DNA of 64,000 nucleotides, from positions 1 to 64,000 of the forward strand of contig NIVC01002750.1 of the NCBI GenBank assembly GCA_002269645.1, written 5' to 3'. This document shows, in pieces, positions 1 to 12,939 of this stretch. The notes under the pieces were generated by a model that searched no databases, was not told the origin of the DNA, and saw only the letters and a list, made by a program, of their open reading frames with translations. The DNA is from Macrostomum lignano. Lineage: Eukaryota. Each line of letters starts with the position of its first letter. Position 1 is the stretch's first letter. The position numbers were made by a program, and so were the translations under genes.

Positions 1-1352
1 TATGCATATACAATATCCTATTGACCAGTTGATCTAGCTGGTTAGCCAGAGGTCTAGCCAAGGTAAGCCTAAGTTGCAAAATCATTACCTAAAAATGTAG
101 ACATTAACAATTAGTTACTTCTGCTGTTACACAAAATTATACTAACTTTTGCTTGGGTTTTTTCATATGTAAATCCCATTCCATAGTCCAGATCATGCTA
201 GGTGCACGCCCAAACAAAAATTGAATAATTAAAAATGTACACCAAAAAATGGAGTGCATAATGGACCTTTTTGGCAAATAATTTGGTTAAGTTTTTGCTT
301 TTTCAGCAATACTATTTATAGTGAAAAATTGATACATGCAAAGATTTGTTTAAATGCTTTATTACAAGCTTCAAAACCTAGAAAGCTTGAAATTTATGCT
401 TAAAAGTGAACTTTTTTTATCTTTTTTCTACTTCACAATAACTCTTCATTGTGATTTTGTAAAGTGCATACCAGGTGTGCACGCATACTATTTTCCTAGG
501 AGTGATGCATGCCAGCTGTGCACATCTACTTTGGCATGCAAGGCCAGTGCATGCCCAAGTTTTTGTGCATATACAATATGATCTAGAGTGTGGGTCCCAT
601 TTTTGGTCAAAAAGTAATTCATATATCCAGTATAAATCAAGGGGCTATGCATGTATTGAAGATATTGAAATGGGAATACATACATTTCCTATATCTAGTT
701 TTAGTATCTAGACCATTCAGTATCTAAAAAAATGAGTTAAGGTTTAAAAGACTATTAGAGCATTGATTTGATAGGTAGGAGTAAAGTAGTAAAATAGTTA
801 GAAATAAATGAATGTTACTAATTTTAAAGCTTTTTGTAATGTGAGTTTTCAAGACTCTAAGGTTGAAGACTCAATAATTGTTTGCCTAGTTAGAATAATA
901 GGGACTAACAATTTAGGTAAATGTTTACTTTCAATGTGTGAGTAGCTATTAAGTCCCTTGGGTTAAAGACTAAAGGCACATTGTGATTGGGTCTTGGGAT
1001 ATCAGGGGCTAAAGTTAAGATGAATAAAGCTAATAAAGAAGCAGCCTAATATTTGCTATTATTTAAGAAGGCTGATCTTCAAACAATTCAGGAGGCTTTT
1101 GCTGCCTCAATTTTAGGAACCAACTAACTATATTTGTTTAACTATATAGCTTCTAAATAACCATATTTCCTTGTCATGAACATAAATGCAATTATTTTAG
1201 AGGCATTTTTATAGTTGCTATAGTTGTTGCCATATTGTTTTGTCATATAACTATTGATTTATTTGCATGCTGAAAGTCTACTATTGCATTAAAAAATCTG
1301 CCAATAATCTCTGGCTTAAATCTGTGACCAAAGCACCAATTGTCAAATAATC

Positions 1353-4341
1353 ATGTCAGTTGATGCAGAGAGTATTGAATCATTGATGCAAGCCATCACT
1401 GGGCTCAGCTTTTCTGAAGAAGAGATTTCTAAGAATTACGAAAAATACCGCCATATTTGAGACTGTATGAAGTGGAGACTGCTGTAAGTTGTTCCTCATT
1501 AAAATATTTATTAGATTGAACTATTTATCTTAAAGTATTGTTCGACATTTTAAAGACACATGCGGGCATTGGCAAAATATCTCAATTAGTTTTTTAGTCA
1601 AGACTCAATAGTTCTGTGAGAATCGCTCAGGTAGACAAGAAGTCAGTGAGAATCGCTCAGGTAGACAAGAAGTCAGTGAGAATCACTCAGGTAGACAAGA
1701 AGTCAGTGGAATCGCTCACGTAGACAAAAAGTCAGGGAGAACAAGGTACCAGAGAATCACTCAGGTAGACAAGAAGTCAGTGAGAATCGTTCAGGTAGAC
1801 AAGAAGTCAGTGAGAATCACTCAGGTAGACAAGAAGTCAGTGAGAATCGCTCAGGTAGACAAGAAGTCAGTGAGAATCGCTCAGGTAGACAAGAAGTCAG
1901 TGAGAATCGCTCAGTAGACAGAAGTCAGTGAGAATCACTCAGGTAGACAAGAAGTCAGTGAGAATCGCTCAGGTAGACAAGAAGTCAGTGAGAATCGCTC
2001 AGGTAGACAAGAAGTCAGTGAGAATCGCTCAGGTAGACAAGAAGTCAGTGAGAATCGCTCAGGTAGACAAGAAGTCAGTGAGAATCGCTCAGGTAGACAA
2101 GAAGTCAATGAGAATCAGTCAGGTAGACAAGAAGTGAGAATCGCTCAGGTAGACAAGAAGTCAGTGAGAATCGCTCAGGTAGACAAGAAGTCAATGAGAA
2201 TCGCTCAGGTAGACAAGAAGTCAGTGAGAATCGCTCAGGTAGACAAGAAGTCAGTGAGAATCACTCAGGTAGACAAGAAGTCAGTGAGAATCGCTCAGGT
2301 AGACAAGAAGTCAGTGAGAATCACTCAGGTAGACAAGAAGTCCATTAGATTACTCATTTGTCCAATGACTCTACCGAAAGCAAATCTGCCTATCTTGCAT
2401 CTACTAGGAGAAGCTTCGGGTTGTACGAACACTACCAGTCGTTGCTAGCAACCTAGGCCCTTCTAAGGTGAAGGACGTACTAATACCTAAAATTGATGGT
2501 AAGACTTAATTTTTTGTCAATATATTCAATTCTGGTTGCTATGGTAGCTAAGCTATATTAGTTACTTTATTCAACAAAAATTGTAGAATTAATAACCGCG
2601 GCAATCAACAATGGTGAGGACGAGCTACTATTAGAAGTGTGCCGTCAGCTGGGCACGTTTCCTCATCTGATGGGCTCGCCAATAATATTGTTAATCTAGT
2701 GCCGCCATTGGGTCGCGTTCTGTCCTCGGTTGAAGAGGTTGTTGTTGGCGAAGCGGCCGCTGACGCGCTGATCAAAGTAGTTGCCGAATTGTCCTCGACG
2801 CTGATTGAAACCAACTGTGTGCCGCTGATTAAAACCGTTTTCGATGGTAAAAAACCGTTTTAGTCTACTTATTTCGCTTTCAATGAGTAATATAGTTTGT
2901 ATTTTTCAAAGATTTAAACTGGGTATATGAAAGCAGTGGGTTGCTGTGTCATTATCTACTGCTTTCAACCCTACCGACTAATGTTGTCTACCACGACTAC
3001 CATTAATACAAGCTACTCTACCGCTATTTTCTATTCTAATTACTATCTACTCTACCGCAATTCACTATACTCTATCTACCCTATCCTTACTACAAGTTAC
3101 TCTACTTACTATCTACTCTACCATTTTCTTCACTACTTAATATCTTCCCTACGGCTATCTAATCTACTATCTACTCTGCCGTTATCTACTCCGCTTTCTA
3201 TCTAATTTACTGTTATCTACTTAACTATCTACCCTACGGCTATCGAGTCCACTTACTATCTACTTTACCGTTATCTGCTCTACTGACTATCTTCCTTACC
3301 GATATCTACTCTACTTACTATCCTACCTACCGCTATCTTCTCTACTCACTATCTTCCTTACAGCTATCTACTATCGGCCCTACCGCTATTTACTCTACTA
3401 TCTATCTACCCTACCGTTATCGACCCTACCGCTATCTACTCTACTATCTACCCTACCGCTATGTACTCTATTATCTACCCTACCGCTGTCTACTCTACTA
3501 TCTACCCTACCGCTGTCTACTCTACTATCTACCCTACCGCTGTCTACTCTACTATTTACGCTACCTACTCTACTACACTATCTACTCTATCCTAGCTATC
3601 TTCTCTACTATATAACCTACGCTATCTACTCTACCTTCTACCCTACGATATCTACTCTACTATCTACCCTAACGCTATCTACTCTACTTACCATCTACCC
3701 TACCACTATCTACTCTACTATCTACCCTACCGCTATATACTTACCATCTACCGTACCACTATCTACTCTACTATCTACCCTACCGCTATCTACTCTTCCG
3801 CTCCCAGCCTCTTATCTCTGGTTACTTACCTCGTGTTAGAATTCCTTAATACAAAGCCGAACCCGTCGCGACCTTCAGACGATCTCTACTGTTCGTCCCG
3901 CCGCGCTGGTTGCCGCCTAATCGTTCCTTGTTACGCCAAGATCAGCTCAAACGATATTCGCAGCGAATTAAAATCTCGCCTAATTAATGCAGCCAATCAA
4001 GAGGAAGAGATTCTGTTAGTGCGCGAGGCCGCTGTCACCCAGCTGGGGCTTCTGGCACAGTCGGCTAGCAAAGACCGGGCCGAAATCCTCGCCAGCTTGG
4101 TCACCCTGTCTAACGACAATCATCGCGACATTCGAGCCGCCAGCGTTCGCTCCCTGCTAGACCTGGTTAAACTGTATGGCGAGAAGGAGCTGGAGTCCAC
4201 CGTCTACCCTGTGTTGGAGCGCTACGCTGAGGATTCGCACAGGAATACGAGACAGAACTTTGCCGCTCATATTGCCGAGTTTCAGACTGTTTTCAATAAG
4301 ATTGGAAAGCAGCTAGGTGAGTGTGTCTGTCTGTCTGTATG

Positions 4342-4410
<69 letters not shown>

Positions 4411-4413
4411 TAG

Positions 4414-4450
<37 letters not shown>

Positions 4451-4563
4451 TAGTGTCTGTCTGTCTTAGTGTCTGTCTGTCTGTGTGTCTGTCTGTCTGT
4501 CTTAGTGTCTGTCTGTCTTAGTGTCTGTCTGTCTGTGTGTGTGTCTGTCTGTCTGTCTGTCTG

Positions 4564-4614
<51 letters not shown>

Positions 4615-4618
4615 GTCC

Positions 4619-4653
<35 letters not shown>

Positions 4654-7600
4654 CAGCAATGGGTAATAGTATGATTTCGTGAATATAAATAGATACTCGC
4701 TACTGATTAAGTAGTGTCACTTATTTATTGCTAAATACTACGTGGCGGATTTGCTAAATTGCTACAAAATCTGTCCATCGCCAGGCCCCCTGTTCATTCG
4801 CCTGTGGAGGACAACGAGCCCGAGGTGCGCCGGGCGTCCGCAAAAAACCTGGTCGCCTTTGCGGACGCCTGCTCGAAAGACACATTGAACAGTCAGCTGG
4901 TGCCCAAGCTCAAGGAGCACCTGGTGAATGAGCACGACGATCGAGTCCGGCGGGAGATCATCGCGGAGACGGCCAGACTGTTGACTAAAATTCGTAAAGA
5001 GGATTCCACTGAATTGGTAAAAACTGTAGTCAGCCTGATCACAGAGAGCGGCTCTGCCGGAGCCAAACAGGCCGTGTTCGACCATCTGAAGGACATCCTG
5101 GCTGTGAGTGACCTTCTAATGTCCTTAATATATCCTAGTTATTGTAGAAAACATTTCTTGTTTTTATAAATCACTCACTGATCGCTCAAATTGGGGATTA
5201 GGAATCAGTCAAATTGGGGATTAGGAATCAGTCAAATTGGGGATTAAGAATCAGTCAAATTGGGGATTAAGAATCGGTCAAATTGGGGATCAAGAATCGG
5301 TCAAATTGGGGATTAAGAATCGGTCAAATTGGGATTAAGAATCGGTCAAATTGGGATTAAGAATCGGTCAAATTGGGGATTAAGAATCGGTCAAATTGGG
5401 GATTAAGAATCAGTCAAATTGGGGATTAAGAATCGGTCAAATTGGGGATTAAGAATCGGTCAAATTGGGGATTAAGAATCGGTCAAATTGGGGATTAAGA
5501 ATCGGTCAAATTGGGGATCAAGAATCGGTCAAATTGGGGATTAAGAATCGGTCAAATTGGGGATTAAGAATCGGTCAAATTGGGGATTAAGAATCGGTCA
5601 AATTGGGGATTAAGAATCGGTCAAATTGGGGATTAAGAATCGGTCAAATTGGGGATTAAGAATCGGTCAAATTGGGGATTAAGAATCGGTCAAATTGGGG
5701 ATTAAGAATCGGTCAAATTGGGGATTAAGAATCGGTCAAATTGGGGATTAAGAATCGGTCAAATTGGGGATTAAGAATCGGTCAAATTGGGGATTAAGAA
5801 TCATTCAAATTGTTGATTAAGAATCGGTCAAATTGGGGATTAAGAATCGGTCAAATTGGGGATTAAGAATCGGTCAAATTGGGGATTAAGAATCGGTCAA
5901 ATTGGGGATTAAGAATCGGTCAAATTGGGGATTAAGAATCGGTCAAATTGGGGATTAAGAATCGGTCAAATTGGGGATTAAGAATCGGTAAAATTGGGGA
6001 TCAAGAATCAGTCAAATTGGGGATTAAGAATCGGTCAAATTGGGGATTAAGAATCGGTCAAATTGGGGATTAAGAATCGGTCAAATTGGGGATTAAGAAT
6101 CATTCAAATTGTTGATTAAGAATCGGTCAAATTGGGGATTAAGAATCGGTCAAATTGGGGATTAAGAATCGGTCAAATTGGGGATTAAGAATCGGTCAAA
6201 TTGGGGATTAAGAATCGGTCAAATTGGGGATTAAGAATCGGTCAAATTGGGGATTAAGAATCGGTCAAATTGGGGATTAAGAATCGGTAAAATTGGGGAT
6301 CAAGAATCAGTCAAATTGGGGATTAAGAATCGGTCAAATTGGGGATTAAGAATCGGTCAAATTGGGGATTAAGAATCGGTCAAATTGGGGATTAAGAATC
6401 GGTCAAATTGGGGATTAAGAATCGGTCAAATTGGGGATTAAGAATCGGTCAAATTGGGGATTAAGAATCGGTCAAATTGGGGATTAAGAATCGGTAAAAT
6501 TGGGGATCAAGAATCAGTCAAATTGGGGATTAAGAATCGGTCAAATTGGGGATTAAGAATCGGTCAAATTGGGGATTAAGAATCGGTCAAATTGGGGATT
6601 AAGAATCGGTCAAATTGGGATTAAGAATCGGTCAAATTGGGGATTAAGAATCGGTCAAATTGGGGATTAAGAATCGGTCAAATTGGGGATTAAGAATCGG
6701 TCAAATTGGGGATTAAGAATCGGTAAAATTGGGGATCAAGAATCATTCAAATTGGGGATTAAGAATCGGTCAAATTGGGGATTAAGAATCGGTCAAATTG
6801 GGGGTTAAAAGCTCGGACTATAAAGGAATTAAGATTAAGAATTACTAACAAATAAAATTTCTAAATCCGCCACCCGATCGCCTCACGCTATACTCAGGTC
6901 ACGCCGCCGGCCGATCTGAAGAACACCATCATCCCCAGTCTGATGAAGCTCTACAGCGATCAGAACTGGCGAGTTCGTCTTGGCGTCGTCAAAAATCTTC
7001 CAGAATTAATGAGCGCCGTGGTAATTATAATTTTATTACTTTTGGCTATAATTCTGCTTCTACTAAGTAGTAAGAAGAGCACACACTCGTTCATTTTATT
7101 ATTTTCATTTTCCTTGCGGAGGAGCGCCATCTCCTTTCTTTTCAGCATCTCATCTGGGGTCAGTTGCCTCCTTTCAATGTCTCGGATGGGGTCACTGCCC
7201 CTTCAGTGTCTTAGGTGGGGTCACTGCTCCTTTAGTGTCTTAGGTGGGGTCACTGCCCCTTTAGTGTCTTAGGTGGGGTCACTGCCCCTTTAGTGTCTTA
7301 GGTGGGGTCACTGCCCCTTCAGTGTCTTAGGTGGGGTCACTGCCCCTTTAGTGTCTTAGGTGGGGTCACTGCCCCTTTAGTGTCTTAGGTGGGGTCACTG
7401 CCCCTTCAGTTATCTTAGGTGAGGTCACTGCCCCATTCAATGTCTTAGGTGGGGTCACTGTCCCTTCACTGTCTTAGGTGGGGTCACTGCCCTTTCAGTG
7501 TCTTAGGTGGGGTCACTGCTCCTTTAGTGTCTTAGGTGGGGTCACTGCTCCTTTAGTGTCTTAGGTGGGGTCACTGCCCCTTTAGTGTCTTAGGTGGGGT

Positions 7601-10600
7601 CACTGCCCCTTCAGTTATCTTAGGTGAGGTCACTGCCCCTTCAGTTATCTTAGGTGAGGTCACTGCCCCTTCAATGTCTTAGGTGGGGTCACTGTCCCTT
7701 TAGTGTCTTAGGTGGGGTCACTGCCCTTTCAGTGTCTTAGGTGGGGTCACTGCCCCTTTAGTGTCTTAGGTGGGGTCAAGCCCCTTCAGTTATCTTAGGT
7801 GAGGTCACTGCCCCTTCAGTGTCTTAGGTGGGGTCACTGCCCTTTCAGTGTCTTAGGTGGGGTCACTGCTCCTTTAGTGTCTTAGGTGGGGTCACTGCCC
7901 CTTCAGTTATCTTAGGTGAGGTCACTGCCCCTTCAGTTATCTTAGGTGAGGTCACTGCCCCTTCAATGTCTTAGGTGGGGTCACTGTCCCTTCACTGTCT
8001 TAGGTGGGGTCACTGTCCCTTTAGTGTCTTAGGTGGGGTCACTGCCCTTTCAGTGTCTTAGGTGGGGTCACTGCCCCTTTAGTGTCTTAGGTGGGGTCAA
8101 GCCCCTTCAGTTATCTTAGGTGAGGTCACTGCCCCTTCAGTGTCTTAGGTGGGGTCACTGCCCTTTCAGTGTCTTAGGTGGGGTCACTGCCCCTTCAGTT
8201 ATCTTAGGTGAGGTCACTGCCCCTTCAGTTATCTTAGGTGAGGTCACTGCCCCTTCAATGTCTTAGGTGGGGTCACTGTCCCTTCACTGTCTTAGGTGGG
8301 GTCACTGTCCCTTCACTGTCTTAGGTGGGGTCACTGCCCCTTTAGTGTCTTAGGTGGGGTCACTGCCCTTTCAGTGTCTTAGGTGGGGTCACTGCCCCTT
8401 TAGTGTCTTAGGTGGGGTCACTGCCCCTTCACTGTCTTAGGTGGGGTCACTGCCCCTTTAGTGTCTTAGGTGGGGTCACTGCCCTTTCAGTGTCTTAGGT
8501 GGGGTCACTGCCCCTTCAGTGTCTTAGGTGGGGTCACTGCCCTTTCAGTGTCTTAGGTGGGGTCACTGCCCCTTCACTGTCTTAGGTAGGGTCACTGCCC
8601 CTTTAGTGTCTTAGGTGGGGTCACTGCCCTTTCAGTGTCTTAGGTGGGGTCACTGCCCTTTCAGTGTCTTAGGTGGGGTCACTGCCCCTTCACTGTCTTA
8701 GGTAGGGTCACTGCCCCTTTAGTGTCTTAGGTGGGGTCACTGCCCCTTTAGTGTCTTAGGTGGGGTCACTGCCCCTTCAGTGTCTTAGGTGGGGTCACTG
8801 CCCCTTCACTGTCTTAGGTGGGGTCACTGCCCTTTCAGTGTCTTAGGTGGGGTCACTGCCCCTTCAGTGTCTTAGGTGGGGTCACTGCTCCTTTAGTGTC
8901 TTAGGTGGGGTCACTGCCCCTTTAGTGTCTTAGGTGGGGTCACTGCCCCTTCAGTTATCTTAGGTGAGGTCACTGCCCCTTTAGTGTCTTAGGTGGGGTC
9001 ACTGCCCCTTCAGTTATCTTAGGTGAGGTCACTGCCCCTTCAGTGTCTTAGGTGGGGTCACTGCCCTTTCAGTGTCTTAGGTAGGGTCACTGCCCCTTTA
9101 GTGTCTTAGGTGGGGTCACTGCCCCTTCAGTTATCTTAGGTGAGGTCACTGCCCCTTCAATGTCTTAGGTGGGGTCACTGTCCCTTCACTGTCTTAGGTG
9201 GGGTCACTGCCCCTTCAGTGTCTTAGGTGGGGTCACTGCTCCTTTAGTGTCTTAGGTGGGGTCACTGCCCCTTTAGTGTCTTAGGTGGGGTCACTGCCCT
9301 TTCAGTGTCTTAGGTGGGGTCACTGCCCCTTCAGTTATCTTAGGTGAGGTCACTGCCCTTCAATGTCTTAGGTGGGGTCACTGTCCCTTCACTGTCTTAG
9401 GTGGGGTCACTGCCCTTTCAGTGTCTTAGGTGGGGTCACTGTCCCTTCACTGTCTTAGGTGGGGTCACTGCCCCTTCAGTGTCTTAGGTGGGGTCACTGC
9501 CTCTTCCTTTAATGTCTCAGGTGGGTCGCTGACCCTTGCCTTCAGTGCCTCAGCTCTGAGCCCTAACCTCATGAGCAGTCGCACAATTCAGTCAAAATTG
9601 CCAACTCCCATCTCAAATCCGCACTGCCCGCAGGACGAAGCCCAGATCAGCGGCACGCTGGTCCCGGCTTACATCTCCTGGCTAAAAGATTCCGCTAGCG
9701 AAATTCGCGACTCGGCCGCGCAAGCCCTTGGTAGAGTTGTAAAGGATCATAAAAGCCTGACTGATGGCATCGCTAAAAGTGCCAGCCTAGCGGCCCTGGC
9801 CACCGAAGGCAACTATCAGTTTAGAAAAGTGTGGATCACTTGCGCCGTGGTAAGTTCTCCTTATTATTGTTGTCATTTTTAAAGAGCGCAGTTTTTTTGT
9901 TAAACTAAGTTTAATTCGGTTCATGTGCGTTCCGGATGTCTGGTGCTGACGTCTATTTGGGAAAATAAAAAATCCAACTTTCAATCGCTTATATCCCATA
10001 ATCTCGAATCTAAAATCCCAATTCTACACATATAAAATCCCCACCCTAAAACTGAGCATCTTAATCCTCAAACCAGAAATCCCAAAGCTCAAACCGGTAG
10101 TCCCAATCCCCAAACCGGAAATCCCAATCCCCAGACCCGAAATCCCAAAGCAGAAATCCCAATCCTCAAACCGGAAGGTCCAATCCCCAAACCAGAAATC
10201 CCAAAGCTCAAACCAGAAATCCCAATCCCCAAACCAGAAATCTCAAAGCAGAAGTCCCAATCCTCAAACCAGAAGTCCCTATCCTCAAACCAGAAGTCCC
10301 AATCCTCAAACCAGAAATCCCAAAGCTCCAACCGGAAGTCCCAATCCCCAGAGCAGAAATCCCAATCCCCAAACCAGAAATCCAAATCCCCAAACCAGAA
10401 ATCTCAAAGCTCAAACCAGAAATCCCAATCCCCAAACCAGAAATCCCAAACCAGAAATCCCAAAGCTCAAACCAGAAATCTCAATCCCCAAACCAGAAAT
10501 CCCAAACCAGAAATCCCAAAGCTCAAACCAGAAATCTCAATCCCCAAACCAGAAATCCCAAAGCTCAAACCAGAAATCCCAACCCTCAAACCAGAAATCC

Positions 10601-12804
10601 CAATCCCCAAACCAGAAATCCCAATCCCCAAACCAGAAATCCAAATCCCCAAACCAGAAATCTCAAAGCTCAAACCAGAAATCCCAATCCCCAAACCAGA
10701 AATCCCAAACCAGAAATCCCAAAGCTCAAACCAGAAATCCCAATCCCCAAACCAGAAATCCCAAACCAGAAATCCCAAGGCTCAAACCAGAAATCCCATT
10801 CCCCAAAGCAGAAATCCCAAAGCAGAAATCCCAATCCTCAAGGAAAAATGACTTGACATCAAAGGATAATTGCTGTGCTGACAGATTAGCCATGTTTCAC
10901 ACTAATTAGTATCCTGAAAAATTCTTTTACAGTTTTTACTTTTCCATCTTGCAGGAACTGATGGACAAGGGCGCCGCTTCATGCATCCCGGTTCTGGTGC
11001 CGCAGCTGATGAAGCTGTCATCGGATAAGGTGCCCAACGTTCGTTTAGCCGTTGTCAAGGCTCTTGTTCGGCTGGCAACGCATTTCGACGCAAAGTTAGT
11101 TGAAATGTTTTTGTTTGCATTTTTTAGCCAAAAAGGGGTTTTTAGGCCATGTAGCTTTGGTTAATAGTTAAAGTAGCGTTGAACAGTAGACAAAGTAGAG
11201 TCGGCTGGTAGGCAGAGTAGAGTTGATACATAGGCAAAGGTAGAGTCGGTAGGTTGGCAAAGGTAGAGTCGGTAGGTAGGCAAGGTAGAGTCGGTAGGTA
11301 GGCAAAGTAGAGTCGGTATGTAGGCAAGGTAGAGTCGGTAAGTAGGTAGGCAAGGTAGGGTCGGTAGGTAGGCAAGGTAGAGTCGGTATGTAGGCAAGGT
11401 AGAGTCGGTAGGTAGGTAGGCAAGGTAGGGTCGGTAGGTAGGCAAGGTGGAGTCGAAAGGTAGACAAGGTGTTGAGTCGCTATAAGTAAACAAAGTTAGT
11501 CATCCAGTTTACAAAGATAAGGACATTTGTGAATATGTTATCTACTCGTATTAAAATAGATAATCTCACTGCCTTTTTCCAGCATCATTAAAAAGGACAT
11601 TATCAGTCCGTTAGTCGAACTGTCAAAAGATGAAGACGCAGACGTCAGATTCTATGCCGAAGAAGCTGTTAGCAGTGAGTTGTCATTGATTGTTTTTATT
11701 AGAGTTTATTGCGATGCAATCTTGTCCAGCTTTTTGCTTGCTTTTCAACTTGTCTTTGATTGATTGATTTTTCACCAATATAAGAAACTGTTTGATTTGC
11801 AGCTTGCCAAATTATTATTTTCAAAAAATCAGAACTCTTGTATTAAAAATTTACGCAAGTCCGTCGTCTTAGGGAATTTCTAACTTGCCGTTTCCCGGAA
11901 CTCCGGTGTCCGAAGATTCCATTTTATCACACTGAGTGAAATCCCTCAGTTTTGACCTTCAAACAATCTATAAAAACATTGATTTTTTGCATCGTACGAG
12001 GAATCTGTGTGTAGTATCTGTCAATAAATTAATCCATCAATCAATCTATCAACTAAGCAATCAATCGTCAATCAATCAATCAATCAATCGTCAATCAATC
12101 AATCAATCAGTCAATCAGTCAGTCAATCAGTTAGTCAGTCAATCAATCAGTCAGTCAATCAGTTAGTCAGTCAATCAATCAGTCAGTCAATCAATTGATC
12201 AATTAATCATTCAATCAATCAGTCAGTCAATCAATCAATCATTCGATCAATCAGTCAGTCAATCAACCAATCAGTCAATCAATCAGTCAGTCAATCAATC
12301 ACTCAGTCAGTCAATCAATCAGTCAATCAATCAATCAGTCAATCAATCAGTCAGTCAGACAATCAGTCAGTCAATCAATCAATCAGTCAATCAATCAATC
12401 ACTCAGTAATGTTGTTTTCTTGTCAAGTTTCGGCTTTGCGTCCAGTTTCGTTTAAACTTGACGGCGGCATGCCCTCTCAATCCCTATATCGCTATTTTGT
12501 TCGCATCCCTTCTTCACTCGCCGTCGCAGAGCAAATTTATAACAAACACGTCAAAGATGCCAAGCCAGTGCCGCGTAGTGCCGCGGGCGGCGGCGGAGAC
12601 GCAAAATCCTCTTCGGCCTCCTCTTTCGGAGCCGCCTCCGCGGCGTCTGGGTCGCAAAAATCTTCGACATCGGGGTCGGCGGCAAAGCCAGCGTCTCCGG
12701 CTGATAAAAAAGCTGCCGCAACAGCGGGTGCTGGCAAATCTGGCGGCAAGGGTGAGGATGCAGCTGCTCCGCTAACGGAGCACACCGGAAATGAGAATTT
12801 ATAA
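1353..12804 (+). CDS. PPP2R1A-like: PP2A scaffold (A/PR65) subunit-like HEAT-repeat protein, divergent, about 749 aa after correcting four 1-nt deletions
   Basis: GT-AG exons: 1353-1483, 2349-2498, 2587-2846, 3879-4316, 4785-5103, 6898-7020, 9634-9849, 10955-11094, 11583-11674, 12428-12804. Peptides are colinear with remembered PP2A-A: LYEVETAITHLSND ~ LYPIAVLIDELRNED; [15 protein letters not shown] ~ EDEVLLALAEQLGTF; SVEEVVV ~ TVEETVV; SDQNWRVRL ~ EDAKWRVRL; [15 protein letters not shown] ~ GDPVANVRFNVAKSL; [14 protein letters not shown] ~ QDQDVDVKYFAQEA. Exons 1, 2, 3 and 5 are each one base short of their required phase. Confidence 0.85.
1616..2342 (+). repeat. 30-bp minisatellite GTGAGAATCGCTCAGGTAGACAAGAAGTCA (PP2A-like intron 1)
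   Basis: About 24 tandem units. Explains the [10 protein letters not shown] ORFs. Confidence 0.95.
2990..3805 (+). repeat. Degenerate CTACT/CTATC-rich tandem repeat (intron 3)
   Basis: Recurrent CTACCCTACCGCTATCTACT motifs. Confidence 0.85.
4322..4652 (+). repeat. (CTGT)n microsatellite
   Basis: Direct reading. Starts immediately after the exon 4 donor. Confidence 0.95.
5186..6806 (+). repeat. 23-bp minisatellite GTCAAATTGGGGATTAAGAATCG
   Basis: About 70 units. Variant units recur about 300 bp apart. Confidence 0.95.
7150..9500 (+). repeat. 29-bp minisatellite GGTGGGGTCACTGCCCCTTCAGTGTCTTA
   Basis: About 80 units, each with a GGGG-TCACTG-CCCC hairpin. Confidence 0.95.
10050..10842 (+). 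repeat. Degenerate 21-bp repeat CCAAACCAGAAATCCCAATCC built from 7-bp subunits
   Basis: Direct reading. Confidence 0.9.
11183..11470 (+). repeat. Approximately 22-bp repeat GGTAGGTAGGCAAGGTAGAGTC
   Basis: Direct reading. Confidence 0.9.
12035..12407 (+). repeat. (TCAA/TCAG)n microsatellite
   Basis: Direct reading. Confidence 0.95.
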
Positions 12805-12939
12805 TGAATAAAAATCAATATAATTTAAGCAGATAAACAACGTTATGATATTAACAGCGTTAAAACCCAAAAGTAAAATGATAATAATAGTACTGGTAGG
12901 GAATGTGGAATTAAAAGTTGTATGTAACAATGATAATAC

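Noticed and set aside
2380-2407. 28-nt GC-AG micro-intron in PP2A-like exon 2
   Set aside because: It would need an extra-base error to restore frame. A single missing G matches the other three deletions equally well, so it is unresolved and not called.
1928-2448. [10 protein letters not shown] repeat protein ORFs
   Set aside because: Translation of a 30-bp intronic minisatellite. The real exon starts at 2349 in another frame.
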